A DNA stretch of 62,758 nt, the filler included, from Deltaproteobacteria bacterium (lineage in GTDB: Bacteria; JAUYMQ01): NCBI GenBank assembly GCA_030698575.1. It is 10 parts of 10 records of this genome, joined end to end, with 100 filler letters (N's around TTAATTAATTAA, not from the genome) between each part and the next. Parts side by side here need not be neighbours in the genome. Positions count along the whole stretch, not along the records: positions 48,131 to 52,208 come from JAUYMQ010000341.1; positions 52,309 to 56,086 come from JAUYMQ010000351.1; positions 56,187 to 62,758 come from JAUYMQ010000364.1; 7 more parts are not named here. The stretch is one strand, 5' to 3'. Below are positions 51,358-61,237 of the stretch, one piece after another. The notes under the pieces are model-generated. The model did no database searches. It worked only from the letters and a program-made list of their open reading frames with translations, and was not told the origin of the DNA. Positions within the stretch are counted from its first letter, which is position 1. The number at the start of each line of letters is the position of its first letter. The translations under genes were made by a program, and so were the position numbers.

Positions 51358-51840
51358 CTAATCGTTGAAAAGGTTGTCGATGTCCTCGTCCGTGATATCC
51401 GCGAACGGGGTATCGGCCCCTCCAGCACCATCCTTCTTCTTCAGCTTCTCGAGGATGCTGGCGAGTTCATCGTTTGCCTTCTTGACGCGAAGCTTGACGA
51501 GACCCAGGCTTGATCGCTCGTCGAAGACCACCACGAGGATTGTGCGGTCTCCGACCAAACTCATGTGAAGGTTGTCACGTTCCCCCTGATGGAAGTGCAC
51601 GGGGAACTCTTTCTCGCCCAGGAGCTTCGCCAGGCCACCCGATGCGGCGAAGTTGCCCGCCGTGAGCGACGCCAGCCCTGCCGTGTCGATGTTCTTCAGC
51701 TCGCCGCACTCCGCCACGAGCTGACCGCTCTTGTCGACGAGGAAGATCGACTTGGCGTTGGCTTCGCGGATGAGCCGTCCGATCACCTGGATGATCTGGC
51801 CATACTCTTCCTCGCGCATCACGAACTGGCCGTTGACCAT
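51358..51840 (-). CDS. mglB: Roadblock-domain GAP MglB
   Basis: [45 protein letters not shown]. Confidence 0.95.
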   Translation of the reverse strand: MVNGQFVMREEEYGQIIQVIGRLIREANAKSIFLVDKSGQLVAECGELKNIDTAGLASLTAGNFAASGGLAKLLGEKEFPVHFHQGERDNLHMSLVGDRTILVVVFDERSSLGLVKLRVKKANDELASILEKLKKKDGAGGADTPFADITDEDIDNLFND

Positions 51841-52091
51841 CGCGTCGGGCTCCGCGTCGCTTAACTACGGGGATAGGCTTCCCGGCGCCCCACCGCCCTT
51901 CCGGGGTGCGTGCGCGAGGGGGCTCAGCCTAACAGAGGGGCCTTTGGCCGGGCAAGCATTTCCCCAGTAAGACAAAGACTTCTTCGGCATCTGGAAAGAG
52001 ATCTTTAGGACGGCTTCCGCAGTGCTTGCGGGGGTCAGGAAAGCCCTGCGACGGCCCTCCCTGGGCCCTTTCGGCACCGTCCGGGCGCGCC

Positions 52092-52208
52092 TCACAGATC
52101 CCGGCGGTTTTCCAGGCTCTTCGCAATACTGAGGGGATCGACGTATTCGAGATCGCCCCCCGTGGGAATTCCCTGGGCGAGCCGCGTCACGCGGTAGCCG
52201 ATCGGTTT
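52092..52208 (-). CDS. recR: Recombination mediator RecR (3' end)
   Basis: Hand translation KPIGYRVTRLAQGIPTGGDLEYVDPLSIAKSLENRRDL*. Confidence 0.9.
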   Translation of the reverse strand, partial: KPIGYRVTRLAQGIPTGGDLEYVDPLSIAKSLENRRDL

Positions 52209-52308
52209 NNNNNNNNNNNNNNNNNNNNNNNNNNNNNNNNNNNNNNNNNNNNTTAATTAATTAANNNNNNNNNNNNNNNNNNNNNNNNNNNNNNNNNNNN
52301 NNNNNNNN
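52209..52308. other. Artificial contig linker
   Basis: N run with TTAATTAATTAA. Confidence 0.99.
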
Positions 52309-52603
52309 TAGCACGAGTCCCGTTAAGGGCACCAGCGCAGCGTTACGCATCAACAGGTTAGCGTCTGGTTGGGGTAAAAGTGGTGTGATCCACGCCCCGC
52401 CCTGGTCCTAACGGCTGTTCAGAGACCCCCACCCCCTTCCTTGAGATTCGGGCCGGGTGATCGCGGCCACCCCCGGCAGGCCCGCTTTATGGAACCAGAT
52501 CCGCGCTGGAGGCCATCCATAGCTCCTATGTGTGGGTCCGCGGTTCAAATTTTTTTTTGGCATTTATCAACTTGCGAAACCGCACAGGTTCGAGGTTCAA
52601 GCG

Positions 52604-52999
52604 ATGGGCGATTTGGTGAAGATGGTCGCGGAGCATAAACGCCGTAGGACACAGATTAAAAAGCTAAAACGTCAATCGAGCCAAGCAGAAAAACAAGCGG
52701 AAAAATACACCTACTGGATCGCCGCCCGCCGAGACAAACGCCGGCTTAAAAACGGCTTTACCCCTGCTCTGTACGCTCTCGCGCTCGAGCGCCAAGAAGG
52801 CCGCTGCGCGATCTGCGCCGAGGACCTCGTGCCGATGCCGGCCAAGAAGGTCCACGCCGATCACGATCACCTCACCGGTTTGCCGCGGGGTGTGCTCTGC
52901 GACCAATGCAACCTCGGCCTTGGACGTTTCAAGGACGACCCCGAGACGCTGGAGGCCGCGGTGCGCTACCTCGCGTCGCCGCCTCTGGGCCTCGTCTAA
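52604..52999 (+). CDS. Endonuclease VII-type HNH nuclease
   Basis: Q.GRCAIC, HADHDH.TG..RGVLC..CN.GLG.FKD, A..YL. Confidence 0.9.
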   Translation: MGDLVKMVAEHKRRRTQIKKLKRQSSQAEKQAEKYTYWIAARRDKRRLKNGFTPALYALALERQEGRCAICAEDLVPMPAKKVHADHDHLTGLPRGVLCDQCNLGLGRFKDDPETLEAAVRYLASPPLGLV

Positions 53000-53031
53000 C
53001 AACCGTTTTACGGCGCGAAGTACCTCGAATT

Positions 53032-53270
53032 GCCCCTACGGGCTGGCGAGGGAATAAAGCACGGGCTACCCCTCGTCGGGCCTACTCGGTCCGCGCCCGC
53101 TGCCGCCAATTTTCTTACAGCCTCACCTACCACGTGTAGGGGGAGCACCGGAGGACCTTCGGCAGCGATGCCGCGGGACCTCTGTCACCGAGCAAGTCCT
53201 GATAGGTGGCTGTGATCAGGATCGAAGCCGAGCCCGCGTAGCCCCTCTTAGCTCGGCTGTGAAGAGGGGA
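53032..53270. ncRNA. Candidate structured (pseudoknotted) phage RNA
   Basis: Two crossing perfect 8-bp helices at 53226-53269 plus several hairpins and loop complements; no family recognised. Confidence 0.35.
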
Positions 53271-53597
53271 GAAGCCACCGCTTACACCCAACCACGGAGC
53301 CCCCGCTTGAGAACGCTCGACGAGTACAAGGCCAACCCGCCGACCGTGACGATTTCCTCCGGCGGCGAGCTCCCGCAATACTACCCCGGCCGCCACCCGA
53401 ATGTCGTCTACATCCCGCCCGCACCGCCGCCCCCGCCCGCACCCGCACCCCTGCCCCCGCCCCCGCCCCGCGGCCGCTGGGTCTGGATCTGGGATGAGTC
53501 GCCGTGGTACCCGCCGCCCGCACCGGGGTGGCCGCTGCCTTCTACGGTTTGGTGCGGCGCGCGCGGCGCGGGCGATGGGTCGCCGACTATCCAGTGA
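53259..53597 (+). CDS. Proline-rich hypothetical phage protein
   Basis: ORF whose stop overlaps the terminase GTG (GTGA); start uncertain. Confidence 0.45.
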   Translation: MKRGEATAYTQPRSPRLRTLDEYKANPPTVTISSGGELPQYYPGRHPNVVYIPPAPPPPPAPAPLPPPPPRGRWVWIWDESPWYPPPAPGWPLPSTVWCGARGAGDGSPTIQ

Positions 53598-56086
53598 TCT
53601 CGCTCGCGGAAGAGGCTGCCTCCCTCCAGAGGCAGCTTAACGCGATCGATCGCCAGCTCGCGCAGAACCTGCTGGCGCAGTACAAGCCCTACCCGAAGCA
53701 GCTCGAGTTCCATGCCGCGGGCGCGAACCCTGACGTCCGCGAGCGCCTGCTGATCGCCGGGAATCAGCTGGGCAAACGGCTCCGATTCGACGAACCGGTC
53801 CTCACCCCGACGGGCTGGGTACCGATCGGTGGGCTGCAGGTCGGTGACGAAGTCATTGCCGGCGACGGCTCGCCGACACGAGTCATTGGCGTCTTCCCGC
53901 AGGGCGTACACCCGCTGGTCGAGCTGGAGTTTTGCTACGGCCAGAAAATCATCGCCGACCCGGAGCACCTCTGGTGCGTCCAAACGCCTGCGACGCGCTT
54001 CCGCACGACGAGTAAGTCGCACCCGATGCGCAACGGCAAGCGGCCGTCAACCCCGGCGCCGAACCCCCGCCACGGCGAGTGGGAGGTCCTGACGACCGCG
54101 CAGATGCGCGCGAAATACGGCGATACGCCAACACCCGGAAACCGGTACGCAACCCCGGCGGTTGGCGTCTGCGAGTTCGCGAGCGGTCCCGTGCCGGTGG
54201 CGCCCTACGTGCTCGGCGTTCTGCTAGGTGACGGTGGGCTGACGCATGGTGTGACGATCACCAGCGCGGACGCATCGGTACTCGACGCCGTGCGGACCGA
54301 GGTCGAGCGCTTCGGCGGAGCACTCGTCCATCGCAGCCGGTACGACTACAACGCGATCCGGGCCGCGGCGCTGAAGGATCAGCTGCGCTTGCTCGATGTC
54401 CTCGGACACGGGTCCGCGACGAAGCGCGTACCGCACCGGTACCTGTGGAACAGCGCCGAGGTCAGGCTCGCTGTGCTGCAGGGGCTGATGGATACGGACG
54501 GCACCTGCGAGAAGTCCGGTAACACCAGCTTCACCTCGATATCGAAGGGCCTCGCCGAGGATGTCCTTTTCCTCGCGCGTTCCTTCGGCGGCAAGGCATA
54601 CATCAAAAGCCGGGTGCCGAAGTACACGCACCGCGGCGAGAAGAAAGTCGGCAAGCGCGCCTACACGGCCGTGATCCGCCTCCCGCACGTTCCAATCTTC
54701 AGGCTCGATCGAAAGCTCGCGCGCTACATCCGCCCGACCTCGACGACGGATCATAATCTCATCGTCGCCTTCCGTGACGTCGAGCCCGCCGAGGCGGTCT
54801 GCATATCGGTCGCACACCCGTCGCAGCTGTATGTGACGCGCGACTTCATTGTCACCCACAACACGCTCTCGGCTTCGCGCGAGGTGGCGATGCACGCCAC
54901 TGGCCTATACCCCTCGTGGTGGCCGGGCGCGATGTTCAGGAAGCCCACCGTCGGGTGGGCCGCCTCGATCACGAGCCAGGGGACGCGGGACAGCGTCCAG
55001 CGGATGCTGCTCGGGCTCCCCGGGAGTTGGGGGACCGGCGCCATCCCGAAGGCGATGCTCATCCCGGACGGGATCAAGAAGGCAGCCCACGGGGTTGCGG
55101 ACTCCGTCGAGACGATCACCGTCAAGCACATCCCCTTCTTCGACAACCCACACCGGCTGTCGGACGGGACGAGCAGGATCACCCTCAAGTCCTACGATCA
55201 GGGTCGCGAGCGGTGGCAGGGCGACACCCTGAACTGGATCTGGTTCGACGAAGAGCCGGAGAAGCAGGAGATTTACACCGAAGGGCTCACCCGCACGAAC
55301 GCTACCGGCGGGATTGCCTTCATGACGTTCACCCCGTTGCTCGGCATGAGCGACGTGGTCCGCCGCTTCCTGATCGATAAGGCAGCCGGCACGCACGTCA
55401 CGACGATGACGATCGAGGACGCGCTCCACTACACGCCGGAGCAGCGCAAGCGCATCGTCGCCGCCTACCCGAGTCACGAGCGCGACGCGCGCGCCAAAGG
55501 GATTCCGATCCTCGGCTCCGGCCGGATCTTCCCCTTCGAGGACGCGATGGTGGCGGAGCCGCCACTGCAGATCCCGAACTTCTGGCCCCGCGGCGCCGGC
55601 CTCGACTTCGGGTACGACCACCCGTTCGCGGTGGTCTGGGGCACGTGGGACCGGGACACGGACACGATTCACATCTACGACTGCTACAAGAAGCGCGAGT
55701 CCGCGCCGGCGGTGAATGCGGTAACGATCCGCTCCAAGGGCCTCTGGATACCGGTCTTCTGGCCGCATGACGGCGAGACCCGCGACAGCCGCGGCAGCGG
55801 CATCACCCACGCGCAGCAGTACCGCGACATGGGCGTGAATATGTTCAGGGAGCGCGCGACACACGCGCCCGCGAAGGGGCAGAAGGAGGGCGACGGCGGC
55901 ATCTCGCTAGAGAACGGCCTCACGCTGATGTTCGACCGCATACAGACCGGGCGGCTGAAGGTCGCGAAGCACCTGGTCGACTGGTTCGACGAGTTCCGCC
56001 TCTACCATCGGGAGGATGGCCTGGTCGTCCGTAAGAACGACGACCTGATGTCGGCGACGCTGAAGCTGCTGATGATGGTCCGCCAC
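53594..56086 (+). CDS. Terminase large subunit (P22 gp2-like) with intein, 3' truncated
   Basis: YPKQLEFH, AGNQLGK/T Walker A split by the intein, WFDEEP Walker B, TFTPL, GLDFG, WPHDG, DDLMSA. Confidence 0.93.
53777..54862 (+). mobile_element. Intein (362 aa, class-3 WCT type) with LAGLIDADG homing endonuclease
   Basis: GK|RLRFDEPVLTPTGW; block B EHLW; LGVLLGDG and LQGLMDTDG; block F VCISV; end VTHN|T. Confidence 0.93.
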
Positions 56087-56186
56087 NNNNNNNNNNNNNN
56101 NNNNNNNNNNNNNNNNNNNNNNNNNNNNNNTTAATTAATTAANNNNNNNNNNNNNNNNNNNNNNNNNNNNNNNNNNNNNNNNNNNN
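56087..56186. other. Artificial contig linker
   Basis: N run with TTAATTAATTAA. Confidence 0.99.
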
Positions 56187-56187
56187 C

Positions 56188-56505
56188 CAGCTCGAGCTTC
56201 TCCTTGACAAGGATCGCATTCTTGAACTCTACCTGAACGCCGTCGACTGGGGGCCCGGCGGGCGGGGCATCGGCCGGGCGGCGCGGGCCTACTACGGCAG
56301 GCGCCCGGCTGCGCTCGGCTGGGGCGAGTCGGCTTACCTGGCCGCTATGCTCCCCAATCCGCGCCGCTTCCATCCCGACGTGAGCCCCGCAGCGCTGCGC
56401 GAGCGGCAGCGCCGCCTCGTCATGCGGCTCCTGAGGGAGCGCAAACTGCCGCAGGGTGCCGCCTCCCAGGCGCTCCACGCGCCGGCGCCGCGCGCATCGA
56501 GATAG
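56188..56505 (+). CDS. GT51 peptidoglycan transglycosylase (MtgA-like), 3' end
   Basis: Hand translation LELLLDKDRILELYLNAVDWGPG..GI..AARAYYG...L...ESAYLAAMLPNP. Confidence 0.85.
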   Translation, partial: QLELLLDKDRILELYLNAVDWGPGGRGIGRAARAYYGRRPAALGWGESAYLAAMLPNPRRFHPDVSPAALRERQRRLVMRLLRERKLPQGAASQALHAPAPRASR

Positions 56506-57702
56506 GTGCAGCCCGTGAAACTTCCCCGGAATGTCAGGGTCTTCGGCGTCGCGAGCTTTCTGACCGACGTTCATAGTGAGATCGTCCTTCCGCTCCTGCC
56601 GCTCTTCGTGACACAGGCACTCGGCTTGCCGGCGACCTTCCTGGGTTTCATCGAGGGGGTGGCGGACAGCTCGGCGAGCCTCGTCAAGGTCGGCTCTGGC
56701 TGGCTCTCCGATCGCATGCGGCGGCGCAAGCCCCTCATCGTCGCCGGCTACACGCTCTCCACAATTGTGAAGCCGCTTCTCGCCGCCGCATTCACCGGCT
56801 GGCAGGTGATGGCGATTCGCTTCGGCGATCGCGTGGGGAAAGGAATTCGCAGCGCGCCGCGGGACGCAGCGCTGGCCGACGCGGTGCCGGAGGAGACGCG
56901 CGGGCACGCCTTCGGTTTCCACCGCGCGATGGACACCTTGGGCGCGGTCCTCGGCTCCGCGATCGCCTACGTGCTGATGCGGGAGACCGACGGCGCCTAC
57001 CGGAGCATTTTTCTCTGGGCCGCCCTGCCTGGCGTCCTCGCCGTCCTGACGCTCGCGATCTTCCTGCGCGAGAGCCCGCGCCCGCCTCACGCGCCGGTTT
57101 CCGCGGCCGCTGCGCCGGGCCGACCAAGCGCGCGCCTCGGCTGGTTCCTCGGCATTCACGGGCTCTTCTCGCTTGCGGATTTCAGCTACGCGATCTTCCT
57201 CCTTCGCGCCGAGAGCCTGGGCGTCGCCCCGGCTCTCATCCCCCTGGTCTATCTCGTCTACAACGTCTCCTACGCGGCCTTGCCGGTGCGCGCCGGGCGG
57301 CTGTCCGATCGCTGGGGGCGCGTTCCGGTGCTGATTGCCGGTTATGCCCTCTCGGCGCTCTGTTGCCTGGGCCTGGCACTTGCTTCGGCCGCGTGGATGG
57401 CCTGGGCGCTCCTGGCGCTCAACGGTGCCCGCATGGCGGTGACCTCGACCATCCCGCGCGCGCTCGCTGCCGATCTCTCGTCTTCCGCGCGACGGGGAAC
57501 CGATCTCGGGATCTACCATCTGGTGGTGGGACTGGCGGCGCTGCCGGCGAGCGTCGTGGCCGGCCTGTTGTGGGACGGGCTCGGACCGCGAGCGCCGTTC
57601 CTGTGGGCGGCGGCCGTGTCGCTCCTGGCGCTGGCGGCGATTATTTTATTGCGGGGAAGGATTTCGCCCGCGAAAGCCCGGAGGCGTCAGGAGATCCCGT
57701 AG
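56506..57702 (+). CDS. MFS transporter
   Basis: SFLTD..SE, GWLSDR..RRK, DRVGKGIRSAPRDA, GFHRAMDT, GRLSDRWGR. Confidence 0.92.
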   Translation: MQPVKLPRNVRVFGVASFLTDVHSEIVLPLLPLFVTQALGLPATFLGFIEGVADSSASLVKVGSGWLSDRMRRRKPLIVAGYTLSTIVKPLLAAAFTGWQVMAIRFGDRVGKGIRSAPRDAALADAVPEETRGHAFGFHRAMDTLGAVLGSAIAYVLMRETDGAYRSIFLWAALPGVLAVLTLAIFLRESPRPPHAPVSAAAAPGRPSARLGWFLGIHGLFSLADFSYAIFLLRAESLGVAPALIPLVYLVYNVSYAALPVRAGRLSDRWGRVPVLIAGYALSALCCLGLALASAAWMAWALLALNGARMAVTSTIPRALAADLSSSARRGTDLGIYHLVVGLAALPASVVAGLLWDGLGPRAPFLWAAAVSLLALAAIILLRGRISPAKARRRQEIP

Positions 57703-58685
57703 AGCGTGCGGTAGTCGCGTTCCTTCCGGAAGGCAGCGACCTCCGGGGGGAGCAGGTGTTCCTCTGTCGTCAACTCGCCCAGATCGCCGATCATGCACTT
57801 GACCGAGCCGCCCCCCTTCTTGAGGAATTCCCCCACGTCCACCGTGATCGGCTCCACCCCCGTCTCGCGCACCCGTGCGAGAAGCGCCTCGCTGACACCC
57901 ACGGGCATTAGCAGGCAGTGTTTCCCCCGGAAGCGGAGCGCGAAGCTGTTGGCGGCGTAGAGGGCGGCGTCATCATCGGATAGGGGGATGAGGTGGTCGC
58001 CGCAGTACTTTTCGAGAAGGTCGCGCGAGGCGGGCGAGAGGCCCGGCAGGTAGGCGAGCAAGTGCTTGCGTCCGGGACCAAAGCTCGCGAGCACGGTGTC
58101 GCCGTGGTAGTAGCGCTCGTCGACAAGTTCCAGGCGGAGCAGTTTCCGCGCGGGGACGAGCGCGGCGAGCTCCGCCTCGGCGCGTGGCTCGGATCGGAAG
58201 CCGTACACGCGGCGCCAGGGAGGGAGGCCGAAGCGAGGGACGAAGCGCTGCCGCTCGAGCGGGCCGCAGGTGAACAGGAATACGTCGCCTGCCGGGATGA
58301 AGTCGGCTTCCCCCTCGAAGCGGTAGCGCGACTGCACGGGTGCGAAGCCGAGGCGGCTCAGGAAGTCGCGATAGACCGGCGTCTCCCCGGCGCGCGTCTC
58401 GATGAGATTCGACAGGAGATAGAACCGGGCCGTTGGCGGCGTCTCCCCGGGATCGGGCAGGAACCCCGCGTTGGCCGGATAGACGAGGCCGGGGCACGCG
58501 TCGCTCGGGGGAATGACAAACACGCGCACGTCGAGCGATACCAGCGCGCCGGCCAGGGCATGCCACTGCGCGATGGCCTCTGCCCGCGAGACGCGCTTGC
58601 GCAAGCCGAGGCGGTTGCGGGTGTGCGGATTGGCGCCCCCGCGGACGCTGAAGTGCGCCGGGTCGCCCATGAGGACCGCCCTCAC
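57687..58685 (-). CDS. Pentein (amidinotransferase superfamily) enzyme, ArgZ-type guanidino dihydrolase-like
   Basis: LVYPANAG, R.GE, FEGEAD, YYHGDT, YAANS, EFLKKGGGSVKC. Confidence 0.8.
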   Translation of the reverse strand: MRAVLMGDPAHFSVRGGANPHTRNRLGLRKRVSRAEAIAQWHALAGALVSLDVRVFVIPPSDACPGLVYPANAGFLPDPGETPPTARFYLLSNLIETRAGETPVYRDFLSRLGFAPVQSRYRFEGEADFIPAGDVFLFTCGPLERQRFVPRFGLPPWRRVYGFRSEPRAEAELAALVPARKLLRLELVDERYYHGDTVLASFGPGRKHLLAYLPGLSPASRDLLEKYCGDHLIPLSDDDAALYAANSFALRFRGKHCLLMPVGVSEALLARVRETGVEPITVDVGEFLKKGGGSVKCMIGDLGELTTEEHLLPPEVAAFRKERDYRTLYGIS

Positions 58686-60175
58686 GGCGTTCTCCCAGGC
58701 CAGGGAACGCCTGGCGGTAGCGAGGCGGGGTCGAAGGGCGCCTCGGTCTCGAGGGAAGCCACCGGGTAGGTGCAGTACACGGGCGCCAGGAGGGCGCTCG
58801 GGAAGTCGTTGCCGCTCCGCCTCCGACCGCCGAATGGGAGAGTCGAGGGGGCGCCCGCTGTTCCGCGGTTCCAGTTCAGCACTCCCACCTCGCTGCGGAA
58901 GAACGCCTCCTCGTAGGCCGCCCGGCTGCGCGTGAAGATCGCGAGGGCGAGCCCATAGTCCGTCGCGTCCTGGGCGGACAGCGCCTCGTCGAGCCCGTCC
59001 ACGACGAGCACAGAGACATCGGGGCCGAAGATCTCTTCCTGCTGGTACCGGCTGGCACGATCAACACGCTCGATACGGTGGACGCCCGGCGATACGTAGT
59101 GGCCGCGGCGGGTCGTGTCGGGGCGGTGGGCCTCGAGCAGGGCCTCGGCGCCTTCCTTCTCCGCGCTCTCAACGAGATCGAAGAACCGGTGAAGCGCTCG
59201 TTCGGTGGCGAGGGGCCCCAAAAAGGTTTCCGGGTCGGCCCCGTGCCCGATGCGGGCCGCGCGGGCCAGGGAGAGGAAGCGGGCGAGGAAGGGATCCGCG
59301 ACGCGGCGATCGAGGATTAGGCGGCTGGTCGCCGTGCAGCGCTGGCCAGTGGTTTGAAAAGCCGCGAGGAAGCACTCGGCCGCCGCGCGATCGAGATCAG
59401 CGTCATGCAGCACAATGGCCGCGTTCTTCCCACCCATCTCGAGGGCAAGGATTTTACCGGGCTGATCCCGCGTCGCCTCGCGAACCCGCGTTCCCGTCTC
59501 CCAGCTCCCGGTGAACAGCACCCCCTTCACATCCGCATGCCGCGCCAGGCGGGCGCCGCTCTCCCCGTCGCCTTGCACGAGATTGAAGACGCCCGGGGGC
59601 AGGCCGGCGCCTTCCCAGCACTCGGCGACGATCTGTGATACGCCCGGCGCGATCTCGGAGGGCTTCAACACGACGCAGTTGCCCGTGGCGAGCGCCGGCA
59701 CTATGTGGCCGTTCGGAAGATGGAGGGGGAAGTTGTAAGGGCCGAGTACGGCGAGCACGCCACGAGACCGGAAGCGGCAACGGCCGCCGGCGACCTCGAA
59801 AGGAGCCACAAACCGAAGCGCCTCGTCGAGCGTGACGGCCACCTTGCCGACTGCGGCGGCGACTTCCTGCCGCGCCTCGTGAAGGGTCTTGCCCATCTCG
59901 CCCACGATGGCGAGGGCGGCTTCGTCGGCGCGCTTTTCGAGAAGCGTGGCGAAGCGGCGCAGGACGGTGTGACGCGCCTCCGGGCGGAGCTTCGCCCAGG
60001 CGGGCCAGGCGCGATGAGCGGCCTCGACGGCCTCATCCACCGCGGCGTGGCGAAAGGGGTAGCGGGCGGCCGGGGCGTCGAGATCGCCCGGGTCAGGGCA
60101 CCGGATCTCGCCGTCGGGAGTGCCGGGCGGGACGAACTGTCCCGCCAGATAATCACCCCGCCCCTGGATGGCCAT
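58682..60175 (-). CDS. astD: Succinylglutamate-semialdehyde dehydrogenase
   Basis: GPYNFPLHLPNGHIVPAL, FTGS, KILALEMGG, GQRCT, EEIFGP, GN..PSA.....YCTYPVASLE. Confidence 0.88.
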   Translation of the reverse strand: MAIQGRGDYLAGQFVPPGTPDGEIRCPDPGDLDAPAARYPFRHAAVDEAVEAAHRAWPAWAKLRPEARHTVLRRFATLLEKRADEAALAIVGEMGKTLHEARQEVAAAVGKVAVTLDEALRFVAPFEVAGGRCRFRSRGVLAVLGPYNFPLHLPNGHIVPALATGNCVVLKPSEIAPGVSQIVAECWEGAGLPPGVFNLVQGDGESGARLARHADVKGVLFTGSWETGTRVREATRDQPGKILALEMGGKNAAIVLHDADLDRAAAECFLAAFQTTGQRCTATSRLILDRRVADPFLARFLSLARAARIGHGADPETFLGPLATERALHRFFDLVESAEKEGAEALLEAHRPDTTRRGHYVSPGVHRIERVDRASRYQQEEIFGPDVSVLVVDGLDEALSAQDATDYGLALAIFTRSRAAYEEAFFRSEVGVLNWNRGTAGAPSTLPFGGRRRSGNDFPSALLAPVYCTYPVASLETEAPFDPASLPPGVPWPGRTP

Positions 60176-60190
60176 GAGAGACCTCGCCTG

Positions 60191-61216
60191 TCAGGGAATG
60201 GGCGTGACGGCCACCGGCGCGCCGGCGCGAGCGCCGATCGCTTCGCAGTGCTCGTCCGCCACGACGACCGCCTCGGCATCGAGAACGACCGGCGCCGCAA
60301 CGGCGCGGAAACCCGCCTTGCGCTCGTGGGAAATGATCGCACGACGAGCCTTCGCCGGGTCGGGCGCTTCGGGCCGGACGGAGCGGAGCACGGTATCTCG
60401 AAGGAGCGTCACGTCCTTCATCGGCGCGCCGAGGTAGGGACCGCCGTCGAAGGGATCGATCTGCTCGAGATACCGGAGCCCGATCTTCTCGAGCAGGTGA
60501 CGCGCGCCCCGGGCCCCGGGGGCCACTTCTCCCAGCAGGCGCTGCACCCGCTCGGGGAACATGGTCAGGTAGAGCGGCGACCGGGGGAAGAGCGAGAGGA
60601 TGAAGTTCTTGTCGGTGATGCTCAGACGGTCGGCCTCGCGGTAGTCCAGGCCAGTGAACTTGCGGCCATAAATTTCCCAGAAGAGGTTCCTCCCGGGTTC
60701 ATCGAGCGGCGAGAGAAGCTCGGCCAGCACCTCTTTCTGAAATCGTTCCGGGTGGCGCGCGATGAAGTTGAAGCGCACGTAGCTGAGCTGCATCCCGAGC
60801 TGTTCTGGCGCGCGGCGGTAGTCGGGATGGAGGATGAGGCCCCCGACCTCGGTGGGGCCATCTGTCGTGTAGCCGAGCTGCAGAACGCGGTGCTGGAAAT
60901 CCCGGAGCGGGACCTCGCTGTGACGTTCCTCGGTCTGGACCTCCATGAAGAAATGCGGAGACGTGACAGTGCCGTGCTTGGCGATGACGAGGCTCGTGCC
61001 GATCACGCGGCCGCGCTGCCGGTCCTCGAGAACGAAGACGTATTCCCCGCCGGCCAGCTGCTGTCGGAAACTGCGCTCGGAAGTGGCCAGGAGGCCGCGC
61101 AGGAGCGCCCGGTCCCGTGGCAGGTTCATCGTGTCGAGCAGCTCCGCAAGCGTCTCGATGGCATCGAGATCGCCCGGATGCCCCTCCCTGATGACGTAGC
61201 GCATCTCCTGCGTCAT
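60191..61216 (-). CDS. astA: Arginine N-succinyltransferase
   Basis: YVFVLED, E...LILHPDYR, LS..RF.FIA, VLAEL, FW...GRKF..LDY.EAD, IDPFDGGP. Confidence 0.92.
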   Translation of the reverse strand: MTQEMRYVIREGHPGDLDAIETLAELLDTMNLPRDRALLRGLLATSERSFRQQLAGGEYVFVLEDRQRGRVIGTSLVIAKHGTVTSPHFFMEVQTEERHSEVPLRDFQHRVLQLGYTTDGPTEVGGLILHPDYRRAPEQLGMQLSYVRFNFIARHPERFQKEVLAELLSPLDEPGRNLFWEIYGRKFTGLDYREADRLSITDKNFILSLFPRSPLYLTMFPERVQRLLGEVAPGARGARHLLEKIGLRYLEQIDPFDGGPYLGAPMKDVTLLRDTVLRSVRPEAPDPAKARRAIISHERKAGFRAVAAPVVLDAEAVVVADEHCEAIGARAGAPVAVTPIP

Positions 61217-61237
61217 GGTTTGCCGCCGAGCGTGGCT

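Larger units (their letters stand above)
52309..56086 (+). mobile_element. Phage or prophage DNA-packaging fragment (whole contig)
   Basis: EndoVII-type HNH and large terminase; no host genes. Confidence 0.88.

Noticed and set aside
51865-52095. Short ORFs between recR and mglB
   Set aside because: No motifs and a poor composition; more likely the mglBA promoter region.
52415-52430. GTTCAGAGAC resembling a group I intron R element upstream of the HNH gene
   Set aside because: No matching S element or P7 partner, and no interrupted host gene found.
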